Source: Podarcis melisellensis | Lineage: Eukaryota | DNA: 64,000 bases | NCBI GenBank assembly: GCA_964234715.1 | Contig: OZ174276.1 | Strand: one strand, 5' to 3' | Shown here: piece by piece, positions 25,118-38,400 of the stretch | Layout: each line of letters starts with the position of its first letter | How positions within the stretch are numbered: the first letter of the stretch is position 1 | Translations under genes and position numbers: made by a program | The notes under the pieces: model-generated | What the model saw: the letters and a program-made list of their open reading frames with translations, nothing else | The model's database searches: none | What the model was told of the DNA's origin: nothing

Positions 25118-28100
25118 GTGAGTGCTGGAGGGGTGGGGCATCAAAGGGCAGCAGAGGAGTCTTGTTTTGATGGCTGCAGGGCCAACGCTCAGCTCCTGTC
25201 CCACTGCTGACCTGGAGTTAGGAGGTCTCATATTTATACTGTCAGCATAGCTTTTGTGCTTCTTTAGCTGCTGTGTTCTCCTGAGATTTCACTATTACAT
25301 TTTGAAGTTTTTTAGAGATTTCTCACATGCTTCTAAGCATATATTTGCAACAATCAGAGCCAGAGACATGTTTGCCCCCCCCCCCCACTTTTCTCATGAT
25401 ACTTGAGGTTCTCTGGAAACTGAACACAGCAGCATTCTGCACACTTACTGCACTTCCACAGAATTGTGACACCCATTCATGTAGCGCTCCTCCACCCACT
25501 GATCTCTCCCCCCTTCCCTGTTTTCCCCCCTTGCCTCTTTGCCCCCTGGTGTTTTGGCAGGCCTGCCCCTCATGGAAGTGCGGATCGACATCTCGCGGCA
25601 ACAGGTGGAGAAGATCTTTGGCTTGGAAGAGTACTGGTGCCAGTGTGTCGCCTGGAGCACGTCTGGCACCACCAAGAGTCAAAAGGCCTACGTGCGCATT
25701 GCTTGTGAGTGGCGCCCTGCTTACCCTCCTGTCTGCTCAGGGGACCCCTCTAGGACTTCAAACCACCCATCTTCCCTCTCCTGGTGCCTCATTGTCATTC
25801 CCCCCACCTACAGCTGAAAACCAGAGCCTGTTCTTTCATGTCTGAATCGACTACGATCAATTGGCTGCTCATGTTGGCAGGGAGCAGACAAGGCTGTGGC
25901 CTAGTATGACCTGGGGGGTCTTCGATGTCATCTTGACACCGCTCTAAGCCTCTCTTCTTTCCAGATCTGCGAAAGAATTTCGAGCAGGAGCCCCTGGCCA
26001 AAGAGGTCTCCATTGAGCAGGGAATTGTGCTGCCTTGCCGCCCTCCAGAGGGGATCCCACCAGCTGAAGTGAGTCCTGGCCCTGCATGCTTAATCCTGGG
26101 CAGTACTGAGGGGGCCATTGGGGAGAACGGTTGAGGAAGCCCACTAGTAGCACAAAACCAAACCAAACCACTTCATGGGGACCACCCGACGTTGGAACCC
26201 GCATCTCCCCAGCATTGGCTTTGCCACCCTGCAGTTCCTGCAGACGATCTAGGTTGGGTTCGTTGTAGCCCATTCGCCCTCACCCTCATTGCAGCCACTT
26301 GATTGACGCCGGCCTGTCTCTCTGCAGAGCTCATTAACGCACATTTTGGAGCCTCCCTGGGCTGCCCTGGTGCTGAGTGGCCTGTCAATCTCTGTCCCTC
26401 ACTAGGTCAGTGCCAGAATGTGCTTTCTTCTGAGACATGTTGCAGTCGCAGTGTCCTTAAAGGCTATGCGGCCTGACCCAATCCTCCTGCCCTATGTGTG
26501 GCTTGTGTCTCCCCAAGGTCGAGTGGCTGCACAACGAAGACCTCGTGGACCCAGCACTGGACCCCAACTTCTACATCACGCTGGAGCACAGCCTGGTGGT
26601 GAAACAGGCCCGCCTGGCGGACACGGGAAACTATACCTGCGTGGCCAAAAACATTGTGGCCCGTCGTCGCAGCTCACCTGCTGCTGTCACTGTCTATGGT
26701 AGGGCCCCACCAGGCGATGGGATGGGTGGTCCCCAAGAAAAGGGGACCAATGGGTGAATAGCAGGTCTCTCCATAAGTCTGCAGGGTTGGGGGCAAGGAC
26801 AGGAATCTGGTTTCTTTGGAGGCTTGGCTGTAGCTCAGAGGGGAAGATGGAGCAGTGACAGGGCCGGCTCTACCAGTAGGCAGAGTGAGGGAGCCGTCTC
26901 AGGCAGCAGATGCTGGTGCAGAGGGGACGAGTGGCAGCCTCATGTTAGGGAACAAAGCTGGGTGTGCCTCTAAGATCACTTGCTGCCCTCAGACGGGGTG
27001 GGAGATGCTAGTCCACTGCCAGCACTGAAGGAAGATTTGAACTGCCGGAGCCAGCCAGCTTTCGTAAAAGGAAACGGGAAGAATTGTGTGGAGGTCAGCT
27101 TGTCCTTCCCTTTGGGCAGCACTGTTTCTTGGGCTGGCCCAACTGTTTTGGGGTGTGATGAAGAGGGGACTTTGCTAAGTACATGCACCTCAAAATGGAG
27201 GAAAAACCCATCCTGGAGGGAGAGAGGGGGTGGACGGGGGAGCCAGGCTGTGTCAACGCGATGTCGAGAAAGCGATGCTCCCGCAGAATCTCACAGGAGA
27301 AAGCGGCATGACCCCCCTACCCCACCGCCTCCTCCAAGTGTCCGCCCCTCTGCTTGTGACTCCTCCTGCATCCCCCCATGTTTTCCTGTGTATTCTCCCC
27401 AAGCTGTACACACATACCAAAAGCAAGAGGGAAGCTGGCACCCCAGAGCCGGCCGTTTTGCCCCAGGAGAACCCTGGAAGCGCTCGGCTCCTTCTCTGGG
27501 CCCAGACAGAGAACCCCACCTCCCTCCCTGCTGCCAACGACTGGCCCTCCCAGGGTGCACTGTCGTTGGGAGCTCTAGCTGATGCTGTCCCTTCCCCCCA
27601 GTGAATGGCGGCTGGTCGACGTGGACGGACTGGTCAGCCTGCAGCACCAGCTGTGGACGGGGCTGGCAGAAGCGGAGCCGGAGCTGCACCAACCCAACGC
27701 CACTCAACGGGGGGGCCTTCTGTGAGGGCCAGAATGTGCAGAAAAGTTCTTGCGCCACCCTGTGCCCAGGTACTGCCCTGCCACTGCTGCGCACCTGCTC
27801 CGGCGGCTCTGTTTTGCTGTACTCACTCGCACCCTTGGCCCCTAACACATAGGAAGCCCAGAGCAGGCTGAGCCACACACATCTCCCACTCTCAGTCCAC
27901 TCCAAGCCCCCCTTTTTCTGTTTCAGCCCAGAGTTCGCTGCTCACACAGCTTTGCCTATGCACTATCCCACCACTGTTTGGTTGCCACTTCCTTTTCCCA
28001 AAGTGACCTCGAGCCCAGAATGGTGCTGCATGTTCCTGGGACTTTTTTTTTTCAGTGCCTTCAGCCCTGTTTAAGCTACTGGTCCCAAGAGAGCAGCTGG

Positions 28101-29436
28101 CCTTTGCCTCGCCTTCCCCTCTTTGCTCTACCTGTCTTCCCCAACCCATCCATGTGTCTGTGTTTGTCCCTTCCCATCTCTGAGCCCCTTCCAAGGCATG
28201 TTACAAGTATGGGAGGGGCCCCCTTGTCCCATTAGGAGTGGCTTCTGCGGTGGCCAGTAATGGGTCAGCCCTGAGCTACTTCAGCCCGGTCCCTCCTCTC
28301 TGTAGCTGACATCGCCCAACAGCGTCCTCTCGACCCACCAAGCTGCTGCAAGCATCTGGCTAGTGAGATATCTGCTTGGGCTTGGCGGGGTGGGGAGGTA
28401 GAATTTATGCTGAGGATGAGAAACCGTTTGAGATTTGGGATTTTGGTCCCTAAGCCTCTGTACTGCCTCCTCCTGTCTGGCAGTGCCTGGCGGTTGGTCA
28501 ACCTGGAGCATGTGGTCAGTGTGTGGTGCAGACTGTACACACTGGCGAAGCCGTGAATGCTCGGATCCAGCGCCCCGGAATGGTGGGGACGAGTGCCAGG
28601 GGCCTGAACTGGAGACCCGCAACTGCACCAGCGAGTTATGCACTCATGGTGAGTTCCTGCTGCTTTGGGGGAAATATAAGACTCATGCTGTGGGTGGAGA
28701 TGGAGGGGAGAGGTGCAGGTGGTGGCATGAATTTGACGAGCATCTTCTGGCACAGGTGTGCCTCTCCAGAGTGTCTGTGGACATAGGCAACTGGTGCTGC
28801 CTCCTGTTGCGTAGCTTTTTTTGAGCGACCTTCCATTGCAGGCTGATTGAGATGTAAGGGCATTGAGGCCTGTCAGTTCTGGTCTGCCTATCTGTCCACG
28901 TAGGAACTAGCAGCCGTCTGCCCAGCACAGATGGAATGTCTGCTGCCTGGTTTAGCGTTGCCTCATAGCCAAAGGCTAGAAGGCAGAAACCCACCTTGTC
29001 AGCGGCACCCCCTGGCCCACGCGTCCCGCCACAGGCTCCGTCCCTTAATGAGGAGGCCCCAGAGCTCTCTCCTGAAAGATCACAACTGGTGCGCACTGGC
29101 CCAGCAAGCAGGCTGTGTGCCACCCCCACCCCAAGGCAGGAGAGCTCTGCGCTGGCCCTGACAGGGCGGAAGAGTGAGTGACAGGCCCCATCCTGGCTCA
29201 TTAACTGTTCTAGCTTGTTAGGCCTCCTAGGGGTTTTCTCTTCCTTTTACATCAAATTAACCATTCTCACAGCTGAAATGAAGCAATGGCCCCCTGCCCT
29301 CCCCAGGGGGACTCAGGCTGACAGTTTGACCCAGCTGGCAGTGGGGGTGGGGAGGAGGTCCGTGAGGGATTCAGAGGGACAGCAGGGCAAAGTGCTGGTT
29401 CACAATGCACGCGCGCGCACACGCACACGCACACGC

Positions 29437-29467
<31 letters not shown>

Positions 29468-32400
29468 AACCTGGTTCATTCGTTCATTCTTCCTCCCTTA
29501 CATACAATTCCCTGTACATACGTTGCCTCATAAACCAGACTAATGTGTGTGTGCTTGCTTCCGTTAACACAGAAGCCTTGTTTGTTCTCCCTCACACACC
29601 CACACCAGGCCTGCATTCTTTCTTTCCCCCCTTCCCCCTTCAACCCCCACCAACCTGCCTTCTTCTGTACAGAGGCTTCACACAAAGGACAACACACACT
29701 CACACTCTCTTGCACAGCTGGGATTTTGGCCATGGAGCTTTGAAGGTTTCTACTTACTCAACCTTCAGAGATCATAAGCAAGATCCCAATTCTCCCAATT
29801 AAAGACTGTCTGCCTTTACTTAGAAATTATGAGACAGGAGCAGAAGGGCTCCTTTCAACCCAGGCTGCAGCCTTACTAACCCTGCCCAAACCAACCTCTG
29901 CCACAAAACTTTTCCTGCAGAAGCACCCTTTGTGTCTAGTCTGTGTCTAGTCCTCCCGGAATCACATTTCAGATCCCCTTCTGAATTATTATTTCTATAA
30001 ACATAAAGATTTTTAGATAACACACTGGTTCGACAGACAGGGTTATTGTTCTTATGAACAATTAAATGGGCTTGTGTCCCAGGCACAATCTCACACTTAC
30101 GAGACCCCTTTTCTGTTTCAGTCCCGGGTTCACCATTCACCCAGCTTTGCCTGTGCCTCAGCACCCACTGTTCCCCAAAGCAGCCCTTTTCTTTGATAAC
30201 ATGCTGGTAACATGGCTGTAGTTATTATAAAAGGGAACCACAACAGATGCTCATAAAATACGCTGCTTGTTTTGAATGTCATCTTGCATTTATCTAAAAA
30301 TGGGTTGAGAATCTTATCCTGCCACCACTACCCCGCCTAATTCAGACCCTGATTCCCAAAGGAATCTCTCATGCTTTCCACCCATTCCTCTCCAATATGG
30401 ATTTCGCATCATTTGTTAGACGGGGACTCAAAGAAAGCTGTGAGTTCAATACCCAGCGCAAAAAAGAGGAGGTTGGAAATGTGACTTTGCACTGAAAGAC
30501 AGGGAAAGGGCAGGGGTTTGGGGTGGTTTTTTTTAAGGGATCATAGGTTTTGGTTATTAATTCCTTGATGACCCTCATTGCAAGAAGGCCAATGACATTT
30601 CATCCAGTGTCTCTTCCTTCCCTAGAGACATTGGCGGACTTCCATAGATAATTGCGCACCATGCAGATGAGCGGTGCGCTTCTTCTCCAGAAGGCGATGC
30701 CATTATTTTATGCAGTGCAACAACTGGCTCAGAATTGCACACCTCTCTGTTCTCTCCTGCTTCCCCTTTTAGGAACGAATGGCTCTGAGGATGTGGCTCT
30801 GTATGTGGGCCTGATTGCTGTCGCTGTCTGCCTGGTGCTGCTGCTCCTAGTGGTAACCCTTGTCTACTGCCGCAAGAAGGAAGGGCTGGATTCTGACGTG
30901 GCTGATTCTTCTATTCTCACTGCTGGCTTCCAGCCGGTCAGCATCAAGCCAACCAAAGCAGGTGAGCATCACGCCAATTTTGGGGCATCCCGGGGATTTT
31001 TGGAGTCCTTTGCAAGCAGCCTTCCTGGAGCCACAGTCAGCTGCCAGGTCTCGATGTGGAGACGGTGTTTGTCTCTTCTACGACTGCAGAACAGTTAGGT
31101 AAGATACAGCCGCAGTGTGTCTTGTAGCAAAATAGGATGGTGCCCGCCATTTTAAGAGTCCCGTGACTACTGTGCCAACTCTTAATGTGCTCTTCGGGTT
31201 TCCTCCCCTACTCTGTTTCTCCTTCCTGCTGTTACAAGTGCTACAAAAAATAAATACGAAATGATAGTATTCAACAAACTTCACATACTAGCTCAAGGGG
31301 ATTTCCCATCCCTCTATTCCATCTGCACTATTCTCACATTTATTCCAGAGGGTTGGGGGAAACCCCAGAACAGATTTAGAGGGAGGGGGAGAATGTTTCG
31401 TCGCACGCACACACACAAAAATAATTTGACTGAGAGAACATTCATTGTAGTGCTACGTTGAACAAAAACCACAGATCTTAAAAGCACAATGGAACCTGGT
31501 GACAACTAAAAACAGTGGTTTAAAGAGTTTCGTTGTTTAAAAAATGGCTTTCTGGAATAAGCTCAGAATAAGCTCAGCTGGTTAGAGCATGGTGCTAATA
31601 ACGCCAAGGCTGCAGGTTCTGTCCCCATAAGAGACAACTGCATATTCCTTCATTGCAGGGGGTTCGGCTATATATGATCCTCAGGGTCCATCCCAACTCT
31701 ATGATTCAATTCAAGTCAAGTGAGCAAATGGGAAAATTTCTGATAACAGAAGACTAAAACTGTTTAAACACCTGAAGGCTTCCTACAGTAGGCAGCGTAA
31801 GCAGAGGATATCTGCAGAGGACTAGGTAGGAAAAACCACAGACCCAATAAACACACCAAAAATCTCTTACAAAATACCGTAATTATAGCCAGAGACTCAC
31901 CTCTAGCCATGCATCTCAACACTACTAAGCATTGCCTTTGCCAAAATAAGATGCAACACCAGAGGGTTAGAAACAGGCCATCTGCATATTTTGTGAGAAC
32001 CTGCTAAATTACCCTTTCCAGTTACAAGGCCTTAATGCTTCCTGCCAGCTCTCACTGGGCTACAGGACACCAACCAGTAAGGGCAGCCCAGCACTGGTCA
32101 GAACAGGAGCCTGTACAAGAAGGGTTTTCTAATCATCCCACCCCCAGCTCATCTGCCAGGCATTCTTCAAGTATTTCTGAACTAGTTAATTAAAGTTGGT
32201 TCCCCACTAATCAAGAAACATGAACTTCTAGAGGAAAAGTAGTTGCTGGAATGGAAGATGCAAGACCTTGCTGGCACATCTCTGTCACAGTGACTGTCAC
32301 ACCCCCAGGAAGTTAAACATGTAGGGAACCTATTATGTAATCTAGAGGAAGTCAGTAAAATCTAATGGCCATCATAGGTAGTTGTATAGTAAAATCACAC

Positions 32401-35400
32401 TTGTGGATAAGCACATCTTTCATCCTAACCACTCCACTCTGTCATTTTGGAACCGGTTTACAACTAGCCTGGTTGGCAAAGCCATGGCCCAAAGGTTTTA
32501 GGCCCTAAAACAGACCATGGTTTATTTTGAACACAGAGCCATGGTCTAAAATGGCCGATCATGAATGAGCAGAGTCCTGTTGTGTGCTGCTCTTCCTGCT
32601 TGCCCCCTTCCTTCCATGTGCTGCTTAGGAGCTGAAAGAAACCAGATCCCTGGCCTCATATTGCATGCAAACCAGCACTTGTGGTTTTGTTTTTCTCCAA
32701 GCAAACCATGAGCAGTAACCATTGTTTTTTCTTAGCTTACTGTTTGTGGTTTGCTGGGAGGGAAACAAACCACAACTGTTAATTTGCATGTAAGACTAAG
32801 CCAGTGCTCTGGTTTATTTCTACTGCAAGGCAGCCGAGGGAGGAGAGAGGCATGCACAAAGAGCAAGGGCTGGTCTGTTTTAAACAATAGCTTCACATAC
32901 ATGTGGACTGGGTCATTTATGAGCATCTAGGTGTGGGCGGAAGAAGTATCCTACCATCATTCCATCAGCCACTCAACTTTCTCATCACCTCATGATGCGA
33001 TCTTTGGCCTTTGAGGCTCACCTCTTTGCACCCTGACAAGTGGTGGGGCGTTAAAACGACAACTGTGTCATGCGGCCAGCTCCCTTAGTCATTCTGCATT
33101 TGGATATCCTGCCCGGATGGGTTGTGTGAATTAGCCCAGACTCCTGGGCTCTGCAAGGGAGACTGTACTGCATCTTTAGGAAGCTGTCTCTGGGAAATAA
33201 AATGCATAACCTTATTAATACAAAAAGTGATGGTTTGAACAGGGATCTTTGTTTCTTGGGTCATTGCAGCAGTCTGTTACCCCTGCTGGTTAATGTATTT
33301 TGTGCAACATTGTCTGATGAGATGATGTTATGTGATTAGGCTGCTATCTACCTGAGGTGACTGAAAATATCTGCATTTGCATCTGTAAGCAATATAGGTC
33401 TGTGTATTGTGCTAAGAATGAACTCTCTTTTCCATTCTGCCTAGAGAAGAGCTTTCAATACGTTCAAACAGCACATGTATTTTGACCGACCCAGTTTGTT
33501 GGGTTATTAACATAAATGTCTCTCCTTCTTTGCAGATAACTCCCACTTGCTTACTATCCAGCCTGACCTGAGCACCACCACCATGACCTACCAGGGCTCA
33601 CTGTGTCCACGCCAGGATGGACCCAGCAAGTTCCAGATTGGCAATGGGCACCTGCTGAGCCCCCTGGGCAGTGGGCGCCACACCCTGCACCACAGCTCAC
33701 CCAGTGCGGACCCTGTGGACTTTGTCTCTCGGTTCTCCACCCAGAGCTTCTTCCGCTCCTTGCCCAGGGGTGGTGCCAACATGGCTTATGGAACCTTCAA
33801 CTTCCTGGGTGGACGTTTAATGATCCCCAACACAGGTGAGATGGGAAGAGAAGGAAGGCTGGGGATTTGGGAGGCTGAGCTAGGTAGGGAAAAGTGTAGA
33901 GGCTTTATGATGCTCGTAGTTCCCTTCTGGACCAGCATTCAAGCACACACATCCAAGAGACAGAGGCTTCCTGTTTGGCCTGTATAGGAATACGATAAGT
34001 GATTATTTTGTGGATAAATTCCAGATAGAAACCGCATGTACCATTTCCCCACTTTACGGGGAAATTGTCCCGATACTGAGCAGCCCCTTATTGATGCCCA
34101 AGGGTCAGCTTGCCCAAGAGAACATGGAATGTTTCTTTCAAGCCTGGACCCATAGGAAGGTCTGACAAGGGCTAGTCCACCCACGAGGCGACTGCCCCTG
34201 GTGTCAGGATTCACAGGGGCAGCAGATCCTGATGTTGATCTTCCCCCCTTGTTCCTCCCTCACATCTCCTTCTCTGTTGGGGAGCGGGACATCATTTTGG
34301 GGTCTGTCCAAGGTGCAGAAATGTCTTGGGCCATCCATGGACACTGTATATTGCATCCCCTTGAGCAATAATGTCTGTGTCCTTTAGGTGTCAGCTTGCT
34401 CATCCCACCTGATGCCATCCCGCGAGGAAAGATCTATGAAATCTACCTGACGCTGCACAAGCAGGAAGATGTGAGGTATCCCTCTTACCCTTGAAATCCT
34501 TCAACTACCCCGTTAGTGGTCAGTGGGACCCCTAATTTCTCATATACCAATTTGACTCCAGTCCACTGTATGCCTGCCCCGTATGCCCACCCATCACCTG
34601 TGGCGCATAAGGGCTCTCCTACAGGTACCTGTAGAATCCACAGGGAGTTCTTGGACAACTGCATCCCTGTAGACCTTGTCATGCAGATGAGCTGCAGAAA
34701 TTTGCCTCCACTCATGAGGTGGAGGGAGCAGCATGAATTGAATGTCACTGTGGAAGGTCAGCTACAGCATCCAGAAAGGAAACAAAGTCTTGACATACAC
34801 ATTACTCCTCTTGCTGGAAAATTCTCAGTGTATCCCTTCAAGATACACAACTCCAGATTATCCCATTCGGCATTTCAATCTCTTACCAGGCACACACTTG
34901 CCTGAAGGAAACAAAACTGATTGGAAATAGGCCTCATCTACTTGTTCTATATGTACAGAGGCTACAGGGCCAGCAGCACCCCAATCCTGAGCATTTTACA
35001 TCAAAGCTCTAGTAATATCAGTCTAGCGCTTCCCACGTCATGCTCGCAAGATTGAACTATATAATCAACAGAGATCACCCGCCATTTCTAGGCAGATTTC
35101 TCTCTCGCAATCTTAACTACATCCTAAAATGCTACCGAGCATGTTTCTGATTTAATGTTTTTGTGCTGGCCCTTGACAGCCCACTCTTGCCTGCAACCCT
35201 CTGCTCACAGCTGCATCAACAGCAAATGGAGAAAGCATGCTTCTGTCATGGCACATTTAGTGTCAAGAATCCCTTTGGTGCTGGTTGAGGATTGAGGTGG
35301 GAGATTTGATTAGGACATCTAAAGCAACCTGGCCTGGAGCATGAAGGATAAGTCATGTTAGCTAAGCGGGTGAGATCTGCCAGCCAGAAAGGACCTTGCC

Positions 35401-38400
35401 AGGCTGCTCAATGGAGCATCACCCTCTGGCTAGTCATCCTCTAAGGAACTTGACTGCTGCACACTTGTACAATTCCTGCCCCCGCCCTGTCCCTGCTCCC
35501 TTCCAAAGAAGGATACCTAATGCAACTTATTCATCGTGGATATATTCTCTGAAACGTTTTTGGAGTTCCCACTTTGCAGATAGCTCCAATAACAGCTGTC
35601 TGCCATAACTGAGGCATTTCCACTTTCCCCATGAACCTTATGCCAATTCACACAGACTCCCATCTAGCTCAGCACTGACTACACTGATGGGCAGCAGTTC
35701 TCCAGGATCTTTCTGGATTACCCAGAGACGCCAGGGATTGAACCTGGGACTTTCTGCAAACAGGCGCTGTGCTATTGAGCCATAATCCTTCCCTATTCCC
35801 TTATGTCAGCATCCATTTCCAATGCACTTACTGAAGACTGCCAGCTCCAATTCCCTGCTTGGATTGCCAGTAGTACACGCTGACTATAACCCCACCCAAT
35901 TTCTCCACTCTGCTTCCACCGCGCAGTGGTGAGAATGCAGATCCTGTTTGCTTTCTGTGCCCATTGGAATGATAACCAAGGGAAACTAGCTAATGGCAAT
36001 AGTCAGAAGCGTCTGTGCTTGGCTTTGTATGGCCCTTCTCTTTCCAACTCTTGATTTTCTCTCTTTTTTGAGGCTGCCCCTGGCTGGCTGTCAGACCCTG
36101 CTGAGTCCCATTGTCAGCTGTGGGCCCCCTGGGGTGCTGCTCACCAGACCTGTCATCCTAGCTATGGACCACTGTGTGGAGCCAAACCCGGAGACCTGGA
36201 GTCTCCGCCTCAAGAAGCAGTCGTGTGAGGGCACGTGGGAGGTGAGTGCTTGGCCTCAGGCAGTCACAAACCAATCCGAAGGCTTTAAACAAGGCTGTAT
36301 TGTACTTTTTGCTTTACAAAGCAAACAACCTTCCGGGCCAAAGTAACCTAAATTCTGAAACCTGCTTAAATTATGCAAATCACTCATATTGTTCATATTT
36401 ATTTATTTTTTGCTTTCTTTGCAAAATCTATACTGTTTCTGCTACTTCTGTGAAAGAGGAGGAACCATGCGTGATGCTGAAGTCTCATCCTTGGGAAACA
36501 ACGGAAGTCTTATTCAGCTATCCCTGTAGCTTTCTCAGGGCTTCGCCATACACTCTCAAGCATATCTTTGCATCCAAATGTTATAGAAACATGCTTTGTA
36601 ATATATATATGAAAGCTGGATTCTGCCTCCAGTATTACAATCTTACATTTCCCCCCAGAACTGTAGAATATACACTGCCCTATTTTCAACATTAGCAGAA
36701 TCTGATGGAGTGTTTACTGCCCAGCACTGGCACATTTGATTCTGATTTGTGTTCTACAGTGGAGGCTGTGATGGATCCCTCAGAATAGCTGAAGATAGCT
36801 CAGTCAGTAGAGCATAAGACTCTCAATCTCAGGGTTGTGGGTTTGAACCCCATGTTGGGCAAACAATTCCTGCATTGCAGGGGGTTGGACTAGATGGCCC
36901 TTGTGGTTCCTTCCAACTCTACCACTCTATGATTCCAGCTTGAATGTAGTGCAAATGTTCCTATATATGCCTAAAGAGCAACAGTCCTCCTATCCTCTCA
37001 AGCTCAGTACTTCATCCTTGGTCCTATATACCAGCTGTTTCCTGCTGATACCCCACCCATACAGATTCATTCTCCTTGTGTGTTGGCCAGCCATTCTTGC
37101 ATAATTTTTTTTCCAGAATTAATAAACTGCTCCGGATTCAAGGAAATACCCAAGCACTGTACTTCTAGCGTATTAGTCAGCATTCTCCTTCTGACACCTG
37201 TTTGTTTGCCAACAGACCTTTGCAGCTGCTTAATTTTTGATTAGCCGGTCACCTTAATGATTATTTGTTCTTTTAAAATGCAATTTAATTTTTTTAATTG
37301 ATGCTTTTGCAGTGTACACCACCTTGTACGGTACAGAAATGCTTCTAAAAATAAGCCATAATCTGCACTGGCTCCCTTGTGCTGCTTCTGTGCTCATTGT
37401 GCCAGTAACTGTTGATCAGGGCGGTTTTTATCTCTCTGCCCACCCCTCCACCGCCTTTCCCGTTTCCTCAGGATGTGCTGCATCTGGGTGAGCCCGTGCC
37501 CTCGGAACTCTTCCACTGCCAACTGGAACCCCAGTCTTGCTACATCTTCACAGAACAACTAGGCCGCTTTGCTTTGGTGGGGGAATCGCTCAGCATGGCG
37601 GCTTCAAAGCGCCTCAAATTGGTCCTTTTCGCACCCACTACCTGTACTGGGCTGGAATATGATGTCCGCGTGTATTGCCTCAGCGACACCCGTGATGCAC
37701 TCAAGGTATTACCCCACAAGGCCAAAATACTGCCCTGGAAATGCCTCAAACATACACACCTTGAGCCTCTTTCCCACAAATTCCCCACCTGCTCCAGTCT
37801 CAATAGCTCATTATTTGCTCAAGAATCACGGCTGACCAGCCTTAATGCTCTAGTAGTAAGGCCTATGTGTTGCTTCAGTGACACTGACCACATGCCCAGT
37901 ATGTTGCTCTATAGTTGCAGGGTGTCCGGCCTCACCTAGGCCTCTCCCTTCCCCACCATCCAATGATTTTGTTCCCTTGCAACTCCACACTGTGCCTCCG
38001 CAGAAGGCAGAAGACACCAGGAAATGGGTGTTGATGGGTTCTAGTCACTCAGCCTCTGCTTTGTCCATGCAATTCCAGGAAGTGGTACAAGTAGAGAAGC
38101 AGATGGGGGGGCAGCTGATTGGCGTGCCGCGGATCCTGCACTTCAAGGACAGTTACCACAACCTGCGCCTCTCCATCCATGATGTGCCCAGCTCCCTGTG
38201 GAAGAGCAAGCTTCTTGTCAGCTATCAGGCAAGTGGCCCATGGGCTCTGGGAGTGTTCTGTATCCAGAGTAGGCTCCCTCTTCTTCTGCCTGCTGTCATC
38301 GCGCTATGTCACCTCCCTTTTTCATCTCTTATTTACTGGGATTCAGTGCAAAGCCCCATATCCTCAGGACCAGGAATACCCCATCTGAAAGATGCTAAAG

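Noticed and set aside
29670-29802. UNC5B/UNC5C-like juxtamembrane microexon
   Set aside because: The candidate acceptors lead to an in-frame TGA, and there is no good donor after DPNSPN.
36788-36862. tRNA genes (Lys here; Ile at 31569 and 58954)
   Set aside because: Degenerate and fused to a shared retroposon tail, so these are SINE heads.
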